From NCBI GenBank assembly GCA_001938485.1, contig MQRK01253783.1:4482-58994 (forward strand): a stretch of DNA of 54,513 nucleotides, in the 5' to 3' direction. A program made the translations under genes and the position numbers. Each line of letters starts with the position of its first letter. Within the stretch, counting starts at the first letter, position 1. The notes below the pieces were generated by a model. That model was given only the letters and a program-made list of their open reading frames with translations. It was not told the DNA's origin and ran no database searches. This DNA comes from Girardia tigrina (lineage: Eukaryota). Positions 1-14,400 of the stretch are shown one piece after another.

Positions 1-335
1 ATATATATATATGTTATTGCATACTTTTTCTACATTGATTACAATTTTTTTAAAAATTTGTAAATTATATCTAATATATTAAATAAATATATTATTTATT
101 TACACAATTTAAAATTTTTATTGCATAAAATTATAATTATAAATATTTATTTAAAATTTCTCATCATTTCATTATTAGAACAAAATTTGACATCATCGTG
201 TTGTTTTAATGATATTTTTTAGTATTTCGTATTTTGAAATTTATTCTAAAGTCAATTAAAATATCCTGTTCAAACTGAGATCAAATATTTCACTGGATTA
301 AGTTAAATATTATTATATTTTTGAAATGTGAATTT

Positions 336-1243
336 TTATATTTTCAGAAGCAATTCTTTTCTAGTAACACAATAACCTTTTTCGTGGTCATTTACAGTTC
401 TAGATGCAAATGCAATTACTTTCTCGTTTTCAATATTATCATTTTGACTCAAAACTGCGCCGATAGCTCCAAAACTTGTATCCGTGTCTAAAATCATTGT
501 TTTCTTCATATCCGGATATGCTAATATTTGAGCTGTTGCCAATTCACTCTTCAACTTATTAAAACTCGACTTGCAATCTTCCGTCCAGTGAATTCTTTTC
601 TCTTTTTCACTCAGCATAGCACACAATGGTGCGGCAATTATTGTGTAATCTTTAATGAACCAACCATAATAATAGTTTGCTAACCCTAAAAATGACCTCA
701 GCTGTGTAATACATCCTGGGCTTGGAGCTTGCATAATCTTTTTGATTTTATCATCGTTCGTTTCAACGCCCTTGTTGCTGATTGTGTGTTCCAAAAACTT
801 AAGTCTTCTGGTTCCAAAAACACATTTATCTGGGTTCGCCATCAAACCAGATTGCTTAATTATTGTAAACACTTGTTCTAATATACTTAAATGGTCTTTC
901 TCATTCTTAGCATAAATTAATATATCATCTAAATATACAATAACTCCTTTATAAAGCAAATCCTTAAACAATAAATTCATAAGGCTCAGGAAAGTTGTTG
1001 GAGCTGTGCATAATCCAAACGGTAAGCGATTGAAACAAAATTGACTGATTTTAGTACTAAAAGCTGTTTTAATTTTGATGCTTCATCCAGTTCCACCTGA
1101 TAATACACTTGGCCTAAATCAATGGACGATAAAATTACTGACCCCCTAAAGTATCCAACAATGTATAAATATCCGGCACAGGAAATGTAAATTCCTCCGT
1201 AACATTATTCAGTCGTCTAAAATCTAAGCACATTCTGATGTCG
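336..1243 (-). pseudogene. Ty3/Gypsy RT-RNase H fragment, frameshifted
   Basis: IRMCLDFRRLN near 1240; VYLDDILIY, LRSFLGLANYY, LDTDTSFGAIGAVLSQ, YCVTRKELL in ORF 336..980. Confidence 0.9.
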
Positions 1244-2270
1244 CAGTTGAACTCAAAAAACGGATGGGGACCTGAGTCAACAAAAATGTTGTCGAAAGAG
1301 GGGAACACGACAAAAGAAACACTGAAGAAGTTTAAGATAGAAGTATTTTATTCAAGCCCGTATCACCACAATACCAATGGAATTATAGAACGACAATTTA
1401 GAACAATTAGAGATGCTCTTAATATCAGAATAAAGGATGGATCGAATAGAGATTGGACGGAAGTATTGTCAGAAATAGAATTTATGATGAATAGTACCAT
1501 TCAAGCTACGACAGGTATCTCACCAGCAGAAATAATATATGGAAGGAAATTAAGACATTGATGGAAAAATAAAGAAGATAAAAGAAACCAAATGGGAAAA
1601 GAAGAAAAAGCTCTAGAAACGAGAAGAATTTTTAGAGTTGGAGACCAGGTATTGATAAAAAGAGAAAATGCATCAAAAGAAGACGACCGATATATTGGCC
1701 ATGCAATGATAATAAGACGGAGACATGAAAGAAGTTACGAATTGCAACTCTACAATGGTAAAATACTAATAAGAAATGTAGAATGGCTAAAGCCATTTAA
1801 ATCGAGGGGATGTGATGGAAAATTTGGTAAGTTGTAAGTTTGTTATTTGTATGCTGTTTAGATTCGTGACTCTCCTACTCAGATGGGATTGATATGTTTA
1901 TTGATTAATTATTTGAATCTAATGAAATTAATTTAATGATATTAATTTTAAGTACTAATTAATTAAAGTTTTATAATTATGAATTTCAATAATATTTTTA
2001 GTAAACGATTTTAACTTATTAAATTTAATATATTTTAAAAATAAATGTTTATTTACAAAATTATGTAGTGCCTTTTGTGAAAAGGATAATGTGAAAATTT
2101 GATCAAAGTATTAAATTAACAAAGTTTTTGCAAAAAAAGTTCAACGATTTTTCACACATGTTTAAACTGTTTTATACAGAAATGTTTAGATTTCTTTTCC
2201 TTACTTGCTTTATAATAAATTTATTTTTTAGTAACTATTTAATTGAAAAATAGAGGTTTAAAAATTTTTG
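1244..2270 (+). mobile_element. Ty3/Gypsy 3' end: integrase C-terminus, PPT and partial 3' LTR (from 1811)
   Basis: SSPYHHNTNGIIERQFRTI, TGISPAEIIYG, RNVEWLKPF; GAGGGGA then TGTGATGG at 1811; shares the TCTCC..CAGATGG motif with the other LTRs here. Right end approximate. Confidence 0.85.
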
Positions 2271-2430
2271 GTACGAAATTTTCCCTTCTTCAAAAGATAA
2301 AAAAATTCTCTTGGCCAAATAGAGTTCTGACAGCATAAAGAATGGTTATGATTTTTTTATATTCTAGTCTAAAATAAAGAAACATTTGTTTAAATAATCC
2401 TAAAATTATTATATTTAAATTCAAAAAATT

Positions 2431-5400
2431 ATGGAATTCGATAATTCAAGTATGTTTTGATTGTTTTACATTTTTTAATAACTGGTGTGACGAAACTCTA
2501 GATTTTGAAGCGAATTTTGATTTTGTAAAACATTTGATTGATAAATGCAGCTTTTTTTCAATTGATACGGAATTGACGGGACTGCATGAAGGCAGCGTTA
2601 ATTTCTATGACACACATGAAATGCGCTATAAATTCCTTAGAGACAATTCCATGCAGTACACAATCACCCAAATGGGTATTTGTTTCTTCACGTACTGCAC
2701 GGAAAAGAAACGGTTTTTTTATTGAATAATGACAAAAATTTAATTAATATTTTGATTATTTGATTTTAATGAATGTATTAATAATTTTGTTAAATTAATT
2801 ACTATTTTATTTATTTAATTATTTGAATTAATATTTTTTAAATAAATTAATTAAAATAATAATTATTTGAATGAATTAAATAATATTTTTATTTCTTAAA
2901 TTAATTAATAATTATTTTTATTTTTTAAGTAAATTAATTTAAATAATTATTGTATTAATTATTTAATTAAATAAATAATAAATTAATTATTTCATTAAAT
3001 TAATTAATATTTAACTTATTTGATTAAATATATTACTATTTTAATTAGTTTTCAATATCATCCAATTAATTTCCAATTACGACCATTTTCATATGAGATG
3101 GGAAAAGGCGATTTCAATCTCAATCCACAAACAATCGAATTTCTAAACAAAAACAATTTCGATTATAATCGATGTTTTCGTGATGGTTTTTTTTCAATCA
3201 ATTTTTTCTTTATTTCCTGCAAAAATAAATTCAGGAATACCTTTTTTGAGTTTATCGGACTATGAACGGAAAAAGGAATTAATTGAATATGAAAAAAAGG
3301 GAAATCTCTCGCGATTATCGATTGATATCGATCCTGCAAAATATTATCATTTAATAGATTTAATGTAACATTTTTTTCAATACGAATGATCGACGAAGGG
3401 TTACAGTTCTGTGTTTGCTTCCAGAATTTCTCTTTATACTTACAGATTTTAAATGATTTTTATTAACAAAAAAATATTTTTTCCGTCAAAATAACTATTT
3501 AATTATTCAGCGATATTTTTTATTTCATGTCAAATAATTACGTTTTAAATATTCGAAAATTTCAAGCATGTTTTTATAAAAACAAAAATTTAATAATCAA
3601 GAAATGTTGATTATTAGATTTTTTTAAAAAAAAACTAATATTAAAAAAGAGCGATAGGCGGTGTGAGGAATTAGTTAATTTTATATCGCTAGCAAATTTT
3701 AATAATTTGGAAATTGTATGCATTAAAATGAGTTTACAAATGACGTTCGTATAAACGAATCTATAAGCTCATTTTAATATCAGAATAGATAAATAAATAA
3801 AAACAATTAAATTATATATAAGCAAACTATATTGAGGAATATTAAATAAACTTCGATATTTAGATAGGGATATAATAAACAAAATAAAACCCAGATTTCA
3901 TCCATCTTTCTTTCAAACATCTTAACGCTCCACTTACAATACGGGGATAGTGTAATTTCTGTACCAATGTATAATATTTGTATATGTATATATTTATAAT
4001 TACTTATATACATTTACCCAATTATTTATGTACTCTTATTTGGTGACCAGACAATTCGACACATGAATGAAATGAAATATTTTCATTGTAACTAGATATT
4101 TTTTTAATCTTGATATTTTTAATAACTAGATTTTTATTTTGGCATAAAATTATTGCGTGAATGAAAATCATTTTTTTTCAGAATTTCTTTGAAATCGAAT
4201 TTGAAAAAAAATTATAAAACTAAAATTTTTTTTCCGAAATAATTGGGATGAATTTATTTCAAAAGTTCTATCAGACATATTTATAATGTGTGTCAGACAA
4301 ATGAACGGATATTTAAGAAACAGAGGTGAAAAATATTGTTTTATAAAAGTTAGTGCCGACTTATAACAGGTTAAATAGAGCTTTACAAAAAATCCATAAT
4401 TTCCGAGGAAGTAAATTTCTTATTCAATATTTGGATGATTCGATATACTTGAATAATCTTCGTGAAAAAGAAATCGATTGTTTATGAAAAATAATATTTG
4501 ACCTCTAGCATCTCTGATACAAAGAGAAAGTTCACACAGATCTTAATCATTAGTACACACCTCATTTAAACTCGTTTTACTTTATTTAAAATGTTAATAC
4601 AATCACCAGTGAAGTTATTTTTAAAATTGGTGGAAATATGTATCCTGGAATACTTCAATAGTGTCCATATTATGGAGCCACTTTTTAAATTATTTATTTA
4701 AATTCATCGGCAATGGCGCCAATAATCTCACTAGTCACACCAATAAAATTATTTAATATAGAATTATGTTGTGATTAAACTTTATTACTCGTCAGCACGG
4801 TTGATGTATTCAGAGGAGCTGTTTTCATGAATTTATAAAAAAATACTATTGATTAAGCAAAAACAAGTATAATTCAAAATTATTTAGTATAAAAGTGTGT
4901 ATATTGAAAGTATTAAAGCAATTACTTGTATACATTTTAAAGCAATAAAAATGTTGTCCAGAAAGATTATAAATTTATATAAATTCAGATAGAGATAATA
5001 GTGGCGAATAATTCAGTAGGATAAGTCATTTATTATAATTGAATTCATTCAAACATAACAGTTACTGTTACATGAAAGCAACTGTAAATACTTTATTCGA
5101 TAATTCTATCATTCTTAAATTTGATTAATTTTACTCTCCCAAAGGGTAATTTTATTTACGATTTAATAGTATTAAAATTAGAAAATACTTTGATTTTTGT
5201 GATAGTTCGATTGTTAAATAATTATAAAAAATTATGTTATTGTTTTGTCTAAGCCTTCTAGAATTGTTCGGCAGCAAAAATGCGTCAGTAGAGTATATCG
5301 GAACTAAACTAGCACGGGCCATAAGAGTACAAATAAATTTGAATATGGGTTACTTAGCATTTTTAATCTCATAACTTGTTAAATGTAGTTAATTTACTTC

Positions 5401-8400
5401 ATATTCATGGAATACACATTGTCCTTTTATTAAATAAATTAGGATATTTTTCAATCTAAATTTAAAATTAATTTAATTTCAATATAAGTTTACTTTTAAA
5501 CTCTTGTGACAAGGAAATTTAAATCGTGTAAAACTGTGAAACTGCTCCCTCTGCGACGAACCCCACATTGGGAAAGACTGATTTAAATAATGATAATATC
5601 AGAAATATTCTTTCACATCAAAGGCCGATAACAGAACTGTAACCGCCGGATTTATTGTTCAATTAATTTTCAAATCCATTTGACGACAGAAATCGGTGCG
5701 AACAGTTTCTCGAAAACGACTCTGAGCAGGAATTTACAATCGATATTCCCTCGAAATCATTCGATAGACATTTGATTCTCAACGAATTATGGAAAAGGTT
5801 GATTAACTTATTTTCAAAACATCGATCAATGTAAATAAAACAGAGTCGGTTGCATTAACGGAAAATACATTTCTCTCATACAAGAGAAAGATGAAACCAC
5901 TTCGAAAACGATAATCAAAATCAAAAAATCGGATAATAAAAGATTAGAAATTGAACAGGAGATAACGGAAAAGTATTCGAATAGACAAGTAAATTAATAA
6001 CGATTGTTGTTGGAGCGTAATTAATTATCGATCGGAAAATCAATAATTGGCAGGCAAATGCAGAGACTCCTGCGAAGTTTTCGAAACTGATGAAATATCT
6101 TTGCGATTCGGTAAACGATTTATTATTGTATTAAGGGATTTCATTTCCGGTTAGAAAAAAGTCGTCGTCATTCATAATGGACTTTTGGATTTGATGCACT
6201 TCTATGACAAATTTCTGGAGCCACTTCCTAATGTGAGATTTGATTTATTTTGACCGAAAAAATCACATTATTAAAATTTAAGAAAAATATGAAATAAATA
6301 AAGAATATGTTACATTTGCGAAAGTTATAAAAATGTTTAATTACATATTTCTAGATTTAAATTTCAAACTAATATTCGAATTTTGATTATAATAAACGAA
6401 AAAAATAAAGACGAAAAATATGTGTACTTTTATATTGTTAAGATAACTCACACATTTGATAGAACATTTATTACATTCACATTTCTTATCATCTTTATGA
6501 TGATCAATAGTATTGCTTTCACTTAGATTCATCAATCAATTTTCAATATCTCTCATTATAATCTGAACTAACTTGAGAAAATTATTTTATTTAAAAATAT
6601 TTACTTTAAATTTTATTGGCTGAAATAAAATATTTTTATAGTCATTTTTTAATATTAATTTAATTTTAATTATTTAAAAATTTACAAAAATAAAATCAAT
6701 GAAATTATTTAAAAGTTACAATAATAAAAATTAAAAATTTGAATATTAAATCTAAATTTAAATAAATTAGTTTCAGATTATAAGAAATTAAATATTGATA
6801 ATCCATCTGGTTAGGAGAGACATAATCCCAAATCAAACTACAACATTTAAACATACAAACACTAAACAAAAACATCCACACACCAAATATTCCTCACATA
6901 TATATTGCGTATCAAAACATTGAAAAACAGTAAAATTCAAGATCATCATTTAAAGAGAATTGAAAGACTTTTGAAATCTTTTCGGACTAAAATGTAACGT
7001 AAAAGGTGGGAATATTTGGTAAGAAGAAAAATTGTAAAGTAATTTTATGCGTAACGTTTTTCTTTACGATTGTATTTTGAATTTTCACAATTTTATGTAA
7101 TTTTTTAAAACTGAAGAGTTTCTAAATTTTTACAAGAATAAAGTTTGTAATTAAAATTTTAAATGATTTTGTATCTTTATTACGAATACAGTGTATGATT
7201 ATGTATGGAATATCATAAATGTCCGTTCATTTGTCTGACACACATTATAAATATGTCTGATAGAACTTTTGAAATAAATTCATCCCAATTATTTCGGAAA
7301 AAATTTTGTAGTTATATAATTGTTTTTTTCAAATTCGAATTTTAATCTTTTTCAAATTTTGTTAAACCTTTTCTTTATACTTTATTCTAAAGAAATTCTG
7401 AAAAAAATGATTTTCATTCACGCATTAATTTTACTTAAAGGATTATATTGCTACTACACTTTTTTTTACACTTGTACGGTTCCTTCTTGGGTTTTTTTTT
7501 CAATTGGTATTTTATGTATGTACTGGTTCTTCTCTGTTTTGAATTGGGGGTCTTTATTCAAAATAGTTTTGTCCTTTGGGTTTTAGTCGTGCGACCATTT
7601 TAAAAATTTAAATAAAATGAGTCGCTATTAAAATATAATATATATCATTTTTATCTCACATTTTATTTTGTTTTTGCAATTTATTGACGTAAACTAATAT
7701 TAATTGAAAGCTTCGGTAAAATTTTCACTAATGGATGAAAACAATTTCGAAATTTAAGGAAACCTAAAAAAATCGAATAATATTAATATATAATAAAATT
7801 TAATTAAATCAATAAAATGTGATGCTTTTTCTTCGTTTCTTTTTAACTAATCGTAGTTGTTTAATTTTATATTCTACAATTCTACTGTAAACATTTCATT
7901 AATCTATTCTTGTATCTTTATTACGAATACATTGTATGATTATGTATGGAATATGGTATCCTCTACAAGACCTCAGCATCTTTACTGTTACATACAAATA
8001 CTTGTCTAAATTTTACATGACCGTTACATAAACTTGGCTGAAATTCGTTCATATAATTATGTTTATTGTCGAATATCCAGCCAATGTATTTTTTAATTCA
8101 TGAATTGTTTATAATTAATAAAATAAATTGTCAAAAGAATTTATTTCCGTTTTCGACATTTCCTTAAACTATGTGAAAATTTATTTCTCGTGTTTGAAAT
8201 AATCGATGAAAATTAATCTTTCATTTAGGAATATGAAACATTCAAGGGAAAAATTAATGAATTATTTCCAAAGTGAATTTTTTTTCAATTAGTTTTTGTA
8301 TAATAATCGATGGGTTGTAGAATATTCGACACAAGATATATGTTTACGGATGAAAAATTTAAGGTGAATTTCCCATCATTATTTGAATAAGTTAATTTGA

Positions 8401-11400
8401 TGGCAAAAATTAACAGGAAATGAGAACATTTAACCTGGAATCTCTTTATGCTTTGACTAAATCAGAACCATTTGTCAGTCCTGACCTTCGTAAGGAGTTT
8501 TTTATTGGATATTATGAAACAGTTTAAATTTATAATATCCGGGCACATTTAAATATCTCTTTGGTGATATGTCATTTCAGTGAATTATTGAACGATTAAA
8601 TCCTTGTTATAATACAATCAATCTCATAAGTTGTTCAATTTTCATCTTCATTTTATGTACATGTGGAAGTCTAAATATATTATTGAAAAATTATAGTTCT
8701 TTATGTACATAAAATCAAGATGAAAATTGACCTGGTGATGAAAACGTCTAGAAATTTGTTACCTGTTTTAAAATTCAAGTCCAAACATTTTGTTTTATAT
8801 GTGTGTATTTAACCGTCTAGTAATAGTGCTGTTCTAATAAGTGTTGACTGAGCAATTATTTTCCTAATTTGAAGGGTCACAAAATTTAATTTTATTTCAA
8901 TATTTTTATTCTGGGTACATAAAGGAAACACTTATGTTTACATTTTTTAAATTCTTTTTATCTTTACATTTTTTTTCAAAATGACATCCATCAACTTCTA
9001 CAGACATACCTTCTACAGTGTAAAATCTGCACGCATCACATAGGAAGTAATCTTTCACAAGGCTTCAACGCTGAACTCATCCAAGTAGTCACCAAAATTT
9101 TCCTACCACTTTGAGCTTTATTCGGTTCTTGATCAAAAGACGTTATCATCAACACAGAACTTTATTTCTACCACAATTTGAGTTTTTTTAAACAAATATT
9201 TCCGAGTGAACTTTTGCACTTTCTTTTTACACAAACCATTATAAATAAGAATTGCTATAAATATAAATATGGTTATTGTATTTTTTACGAATTAAAATTC
9301 TATACTTTTTTTAATAAAAAATTATAAAGGGAATTATAATTTTGTCACAAAGATTTTGTTGCGTCTTTTATTAAATTTCAATTTCATTGTACCTTTAAAT
9401 TTACCTGTTTCCCAATTAAATTTCCCAATTCTATACAATTGCATTTTTCATTTCGTTTTCATAATAGTTTTAAAAATTACTTTGGATTTAATAATACTTT
9501 GAAAATAGAATTTAAAATCGCAATTTCGTTTATTTAACAACTTTTAAATTACCCTTTTTTTACTTAAAAATAAAATTATATTTCCATTAATAATTACGTT
9601 TTCCAAAATAAAATTAAAATCGCATTTTCATTTAAATCGATTTACGTGTTTTACAATAATATTTTGATTCCAACTACAATTTCCAGAAAAAAGAAAATTA
9701 TAATTACATTTTTAATTTACTTCGATTTAATCGTGTAAAATAAAAGTTACAAAAAATAGTTTAGTTTATTTTCATTTCGCAAATAAAATATTAAACTTTA
9801 TATAAATTTTGATTTTATTTCAATTAAATATTTTCATCAAATTTGAAATTAAAATTTTTTACTTTGTAATAAATCTTTGCATAAATCTTTTAATAAACCT
9901 ACCGTAAAATTTATTTTATTTCTTACATGAATTAATTTTTACATTAAATTTCTGAAAATCTTATTTTAACAAATCTATAACAATATTTTACGGAATGTAA
10001 TTGATTAATTAATAATTTGATCAGATTGTAAATTCAAAAATTTTATGAACTCAACAACGCCCCCAACAAGCTTAAATGCCTGATGCATACCAAGTAGAAT
10101 TTTGTTTTGTGTCGTCCTCTCGAAAAGCGATTTCGAACTACCTCAGATCACAATTTGTTCTTTACCTTGTTTGCATGATTATTTTTTGCCTTTTCAGATA
10201 TTTGTTTGGTGTCCTGTATCTTGGAGACTCCAATATTGGCCAAGTTTCTTACTAAGTTTGCAACGGTTGCCATATTTCTCTGGATCATGTCATTGGTGTA
10301 CTGAGTTTTCCTCTTGTTTCTCTTGGTCTTCTTACGGCCCGAACCTAGTTGGTTTTTCTTGATTCCTGTTTATTCTTATTTTTTATATCGCGGTTCGCAG
10401 TGTAAGTATTGTGAGGAGCAGGTACACTCTTAAATTTTTTGAAATAATTAATTTTTATAAATAATTTCTAAAATAAGAAAATATCTAAAATCAAAAGTTT
10501 TTCTAAATAATTATAATTAAAATATATTTAATTAATTTTTAAAAAGTTATTTTCAAGAATAATTTATTTTTAATTACTAAAATTTCAGTTGGAATGAATT
10601 GTTAAATAATTGATTTAAAAAATATATATAAAGTCAAGGAAAATTATATATGTATTACATTAATTTTAAAAAGTTATTCTCAAACAATAAATTAATGGAT
10701 TTTTAATTGATGGAAATGTAGTTTTTAAAAACAGATAATTTTTAAATATTAAAGTTGTTGGAAATTCTGTAAATTAATAATTTGACAAATAAATAAATTT
10801 TTTAATAGCTTTTTAAAAATAAAACAAACATTAAAAATTTAATAAATTTTAGAGTATAACAATAAATTTAAATATTCTAAATTATTTTTTTGTATTTAGA
10901 GTATATAAATATTAACTGGGTTTTAAATTAAATATTGAATTAAGAACAATTAAATTGATAGAAATCGTTGTAAATTAGCTAAAATGTGTTGTAAGAACGA
11001 TGTACAATAAAAATTAAGGTGTGTAAATCTTATAATGTATTTTAAAGAAATTATATAAAATATTAATAATTTAATGTAATCAAAAAAATAATAAATTCCA
11101 TTTTAAATTAAGGTTTTTAGTAAATAACTTGTCAGTATTTATAATCCAATATTTTTACGTATAATTAATCTTGTCAAAAGAAAACAAAAGAAAAGTTCCT
11201 CAAGAAAAATAGTTTAAATAATTGTTATTGTTATAGAAATAAAATTTTATCTTGATGAATTCTAATCTTTATAAAGAACCCAACAAATAATATCCAGACA
11301 TCGCATACTTTCTAAATAACTACTCTATCAAATTCCGTTTCATATTTGACTAAAAAATAAAAATAAAATTTATTTATAAAAAGTGTTTAAAACAATATTG

Positions 11401-14400
11401 ATTGTTACATTGATTTAAGGACGCTTTGTATACGAGGAGTGGTCGATAAATATCCGTTTTTTCTAAGAAAACACTTCTTTCTACAAGAGATTTCCTTTTA
11501 GCAGTATAAACTTCGTCTAACTATTCTTTAATATTTCGATTCTCAGAAAAAAAAGAATTCTGGTAACCCTTAAAATGGGTCTTTGTTTTAGTGATGATCT
11601 CGCTATTCTAACCTTTTCACTGAGCCATTCTTTTGAAAAGAAATAATAATGGAATTGGGAACAATCAAGAGAACATGACTGATGGGTTGAGAAATCGTAA
11701 CTAAATTTGTATAATTTTGTAATTTCCACAAATACGATCGATTTCGCTTAAATTTTTGTCGAATCGGTTCAACAGGTCTGCATAATATACGCTCGTGATC
11801 GTTTTGCATTTTTCACGGTTATTGATGTAAATTATACCGTTCGCATCCCAAAAATATGTTCATGAATTTGTTAACCAAACAAGCACCTTAACTTTATGTG
11901 TACTTCTTCACTTGTTCTTTGGTATTTGCTGTGTTTTATTGTATCGATGTTTTGTCTATGGCTACGAAACAATGTAAAAAGTCTTTCTGATCGCGATTAA
12001 TTATGATCAAATTCTTTTCAAAAGGTTAGACAATTCAGTTTGTTGTTGATAGCTGACCGAGATCATCAAAATTCCAAATATTCATGTCAAATGTCACGGA
12101 CATTTAGTCAATCGTCGATCGTAGATTATCATTCCATATACTTTATCAAATATTTTTTGCGTGGTCCTAATTTAGGAGGCTAAGACACTTATCACTTAAA
12201 ATGCTAGTCACCTCGTTTAAATTCATCTGTCCAAGATTTTCTTGTTAATATATAAGGCTAAGAGGTCCCATCGTTCAATTCAGTTAGGATTTAATCTTTC
12301 CTTTTTTACAAAAATAAGTATTCAATCACGGCACGATATTCGTTGTTATTTATTTGTGTAAAATACAAAGCGTTCCGTTTGCAGTGACTGGTATATGCAA
12401 CCTACGTGATTACCAGAGTGAAAATTGGAAAGTCACCATTTGAAGACTAGTATTAAGTTGTGTAAAAACATAATTTCAGTCTTTTTCCTTGAGGGAAATT
12501 AAAGGTCGCAGTAAGTTATTAAATTGGATGTATTAAAGTATTTAATATTTAAATATTTAATATCACAGATCAGTTTAATAAACGGTGTTTCAAGATAGAT
12601 TATCAAATGTTTTCTTAAGGTTTCAGGAAATATTTGAAAATGTTGTAATGTATTGCTCCCGCAATCCATAAAATATAAAATTCTTAAAAATCATTATCAA
12701 GTTTATTCCTTATTTCTATGATCAGAGAGAAAATTGGCTTCCTATTTTATAAACCACAGTGATATATGCTGAACGAATGATTTACTTAAGAGATATACCC
12801 TTTATTTATTTTGTATTATCTCAGTCAATTTAATTCATCTTAATCTTCTACACTTGATAATTATCTCCTTTCCATTGCATATCAAAAATAGAATTATAGA
12901 TAAATTATCATGTCAGACTTTTTTAGTTCAATAAAGAATAGTTCGTCTATTATAAAACAGGATCCAAGAGCAAATCTGCATTGTCTATCATTAGTTATTA
13001 CATATTAAACATTTAACTACAAGACATTTGTTTTTAGTACTGGATTCATTAGGAGAAGAGTATAATTTCTCTGAAAACCAATCATTCCACAACGCACATT
13101 ATGATGCCATGATTACAGGCAAAGTATTCATCAGTTTAGCAACAAATTTGAGTAACTGTTTTTGTGCGATAAGCAAATTTTATTTATATAAACTAATACA
13201 GATAACAATGATGTTGAGTTTTGGAATAGAGAGACATTCGATATTCCTCCGGTTTTAACTAAGCATCTTAATCGGTAGTTTTGATATTATAATTAATATT
13301 TTATTTCAGAAATTTCTAGAGTTAAAGTAGTCAATGCAGATATAATTTCATTAAATTTAAATCCCGGCTCTTCTGAAAGTATAAATTAGTGTTAGATTTT
13401 ATATTTGGTTTACGATTCGCGTTGTACAGATGAATGTGTAAGGAATCGAGTGTTCGTTATGACGATTCCCACCGACTGGGATAAGCACGACATCATAGTC
13501 TATCTTGCTGAAACACTGAAAGGTAAAAAATGAAATCTTCAATGGAAATTTTTTTTAATACGTGTCATAGAATCCGAGGAAATGTTATATGAAGATTTGG
13601 AAATAAAGTGGCTAAATTGCTCGTCACTTTGTATAAAGATTCCTATTTACATTGATCTTAATGAGGGTTAATGTTTATTTTATTTTATTATTTATCATAT
13701 GCTACCGGGATGTTCCGAAAATAAGCACACCCAAAAAGAAGCGGATCTGCGCTGATTTTTTGCTTCCATATTGTGCGGGCAGGTTCACTCTTTAAATCTT
13801 TGAAATAATTAATTTTCATGAAGAATTTCTAAAATAAGAAAATATCTAAAATCAAAAGTTTTTATAAACAATTACAGTCGAACCTCTATTTAACAAAGTG
13901 GAAGGGACCAAAAAATATTTCGTTAAATTGAGGTAAGTCTTTTTTCTATGCGATATCAGTGGCCAGGTTGATAGCTATTCGCTAATTTAATTGTAATTAG
14001 GAACCCTCGATAGTTTAATTAAATTTCATGTTCTCATAAGTGATAAAAAAATAAAAAAAGGTTTTGTGGATTAAGGTGTGTCCACTAAAAAATTGCACAA
14101 GTTTTAAAACCACCATAACTTTTTAATGTAATATTATTTAATTTCGTAAATTTGGAATTTAAATATTTGTTTAAATAGGTTAGAAATAGTAAAGCAGGTA
14201 TTTAAAATTTTTGGTTTAATATGTTTTATTTTAGAGACAATTTTAATGATTTCAAAACGACATGAAGATATAATCAATTTTTTCAAAACGCACAGTAAAA
14301 GTGAGACTGTGGCAAAGTTTACTGGCATTCATTTTTCCAGAAGAGGTATATATGCAATAATACAACGCTATGAGAAGACCGGTAGCATTGAAAGAAAAGT

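Noticed and set aside
3380-3455. Intronic snoRNA in the conserved 5' part of intron 4
   Set aside because: No C/D or H/ACA boxes conserved in both copies.
8990-10400. Possible LTR-element 3' end on minus strand (GGGGGCG-TGTTG near 10056)
   Set aside because: No recognisable protein motif, second LTR or TSD.
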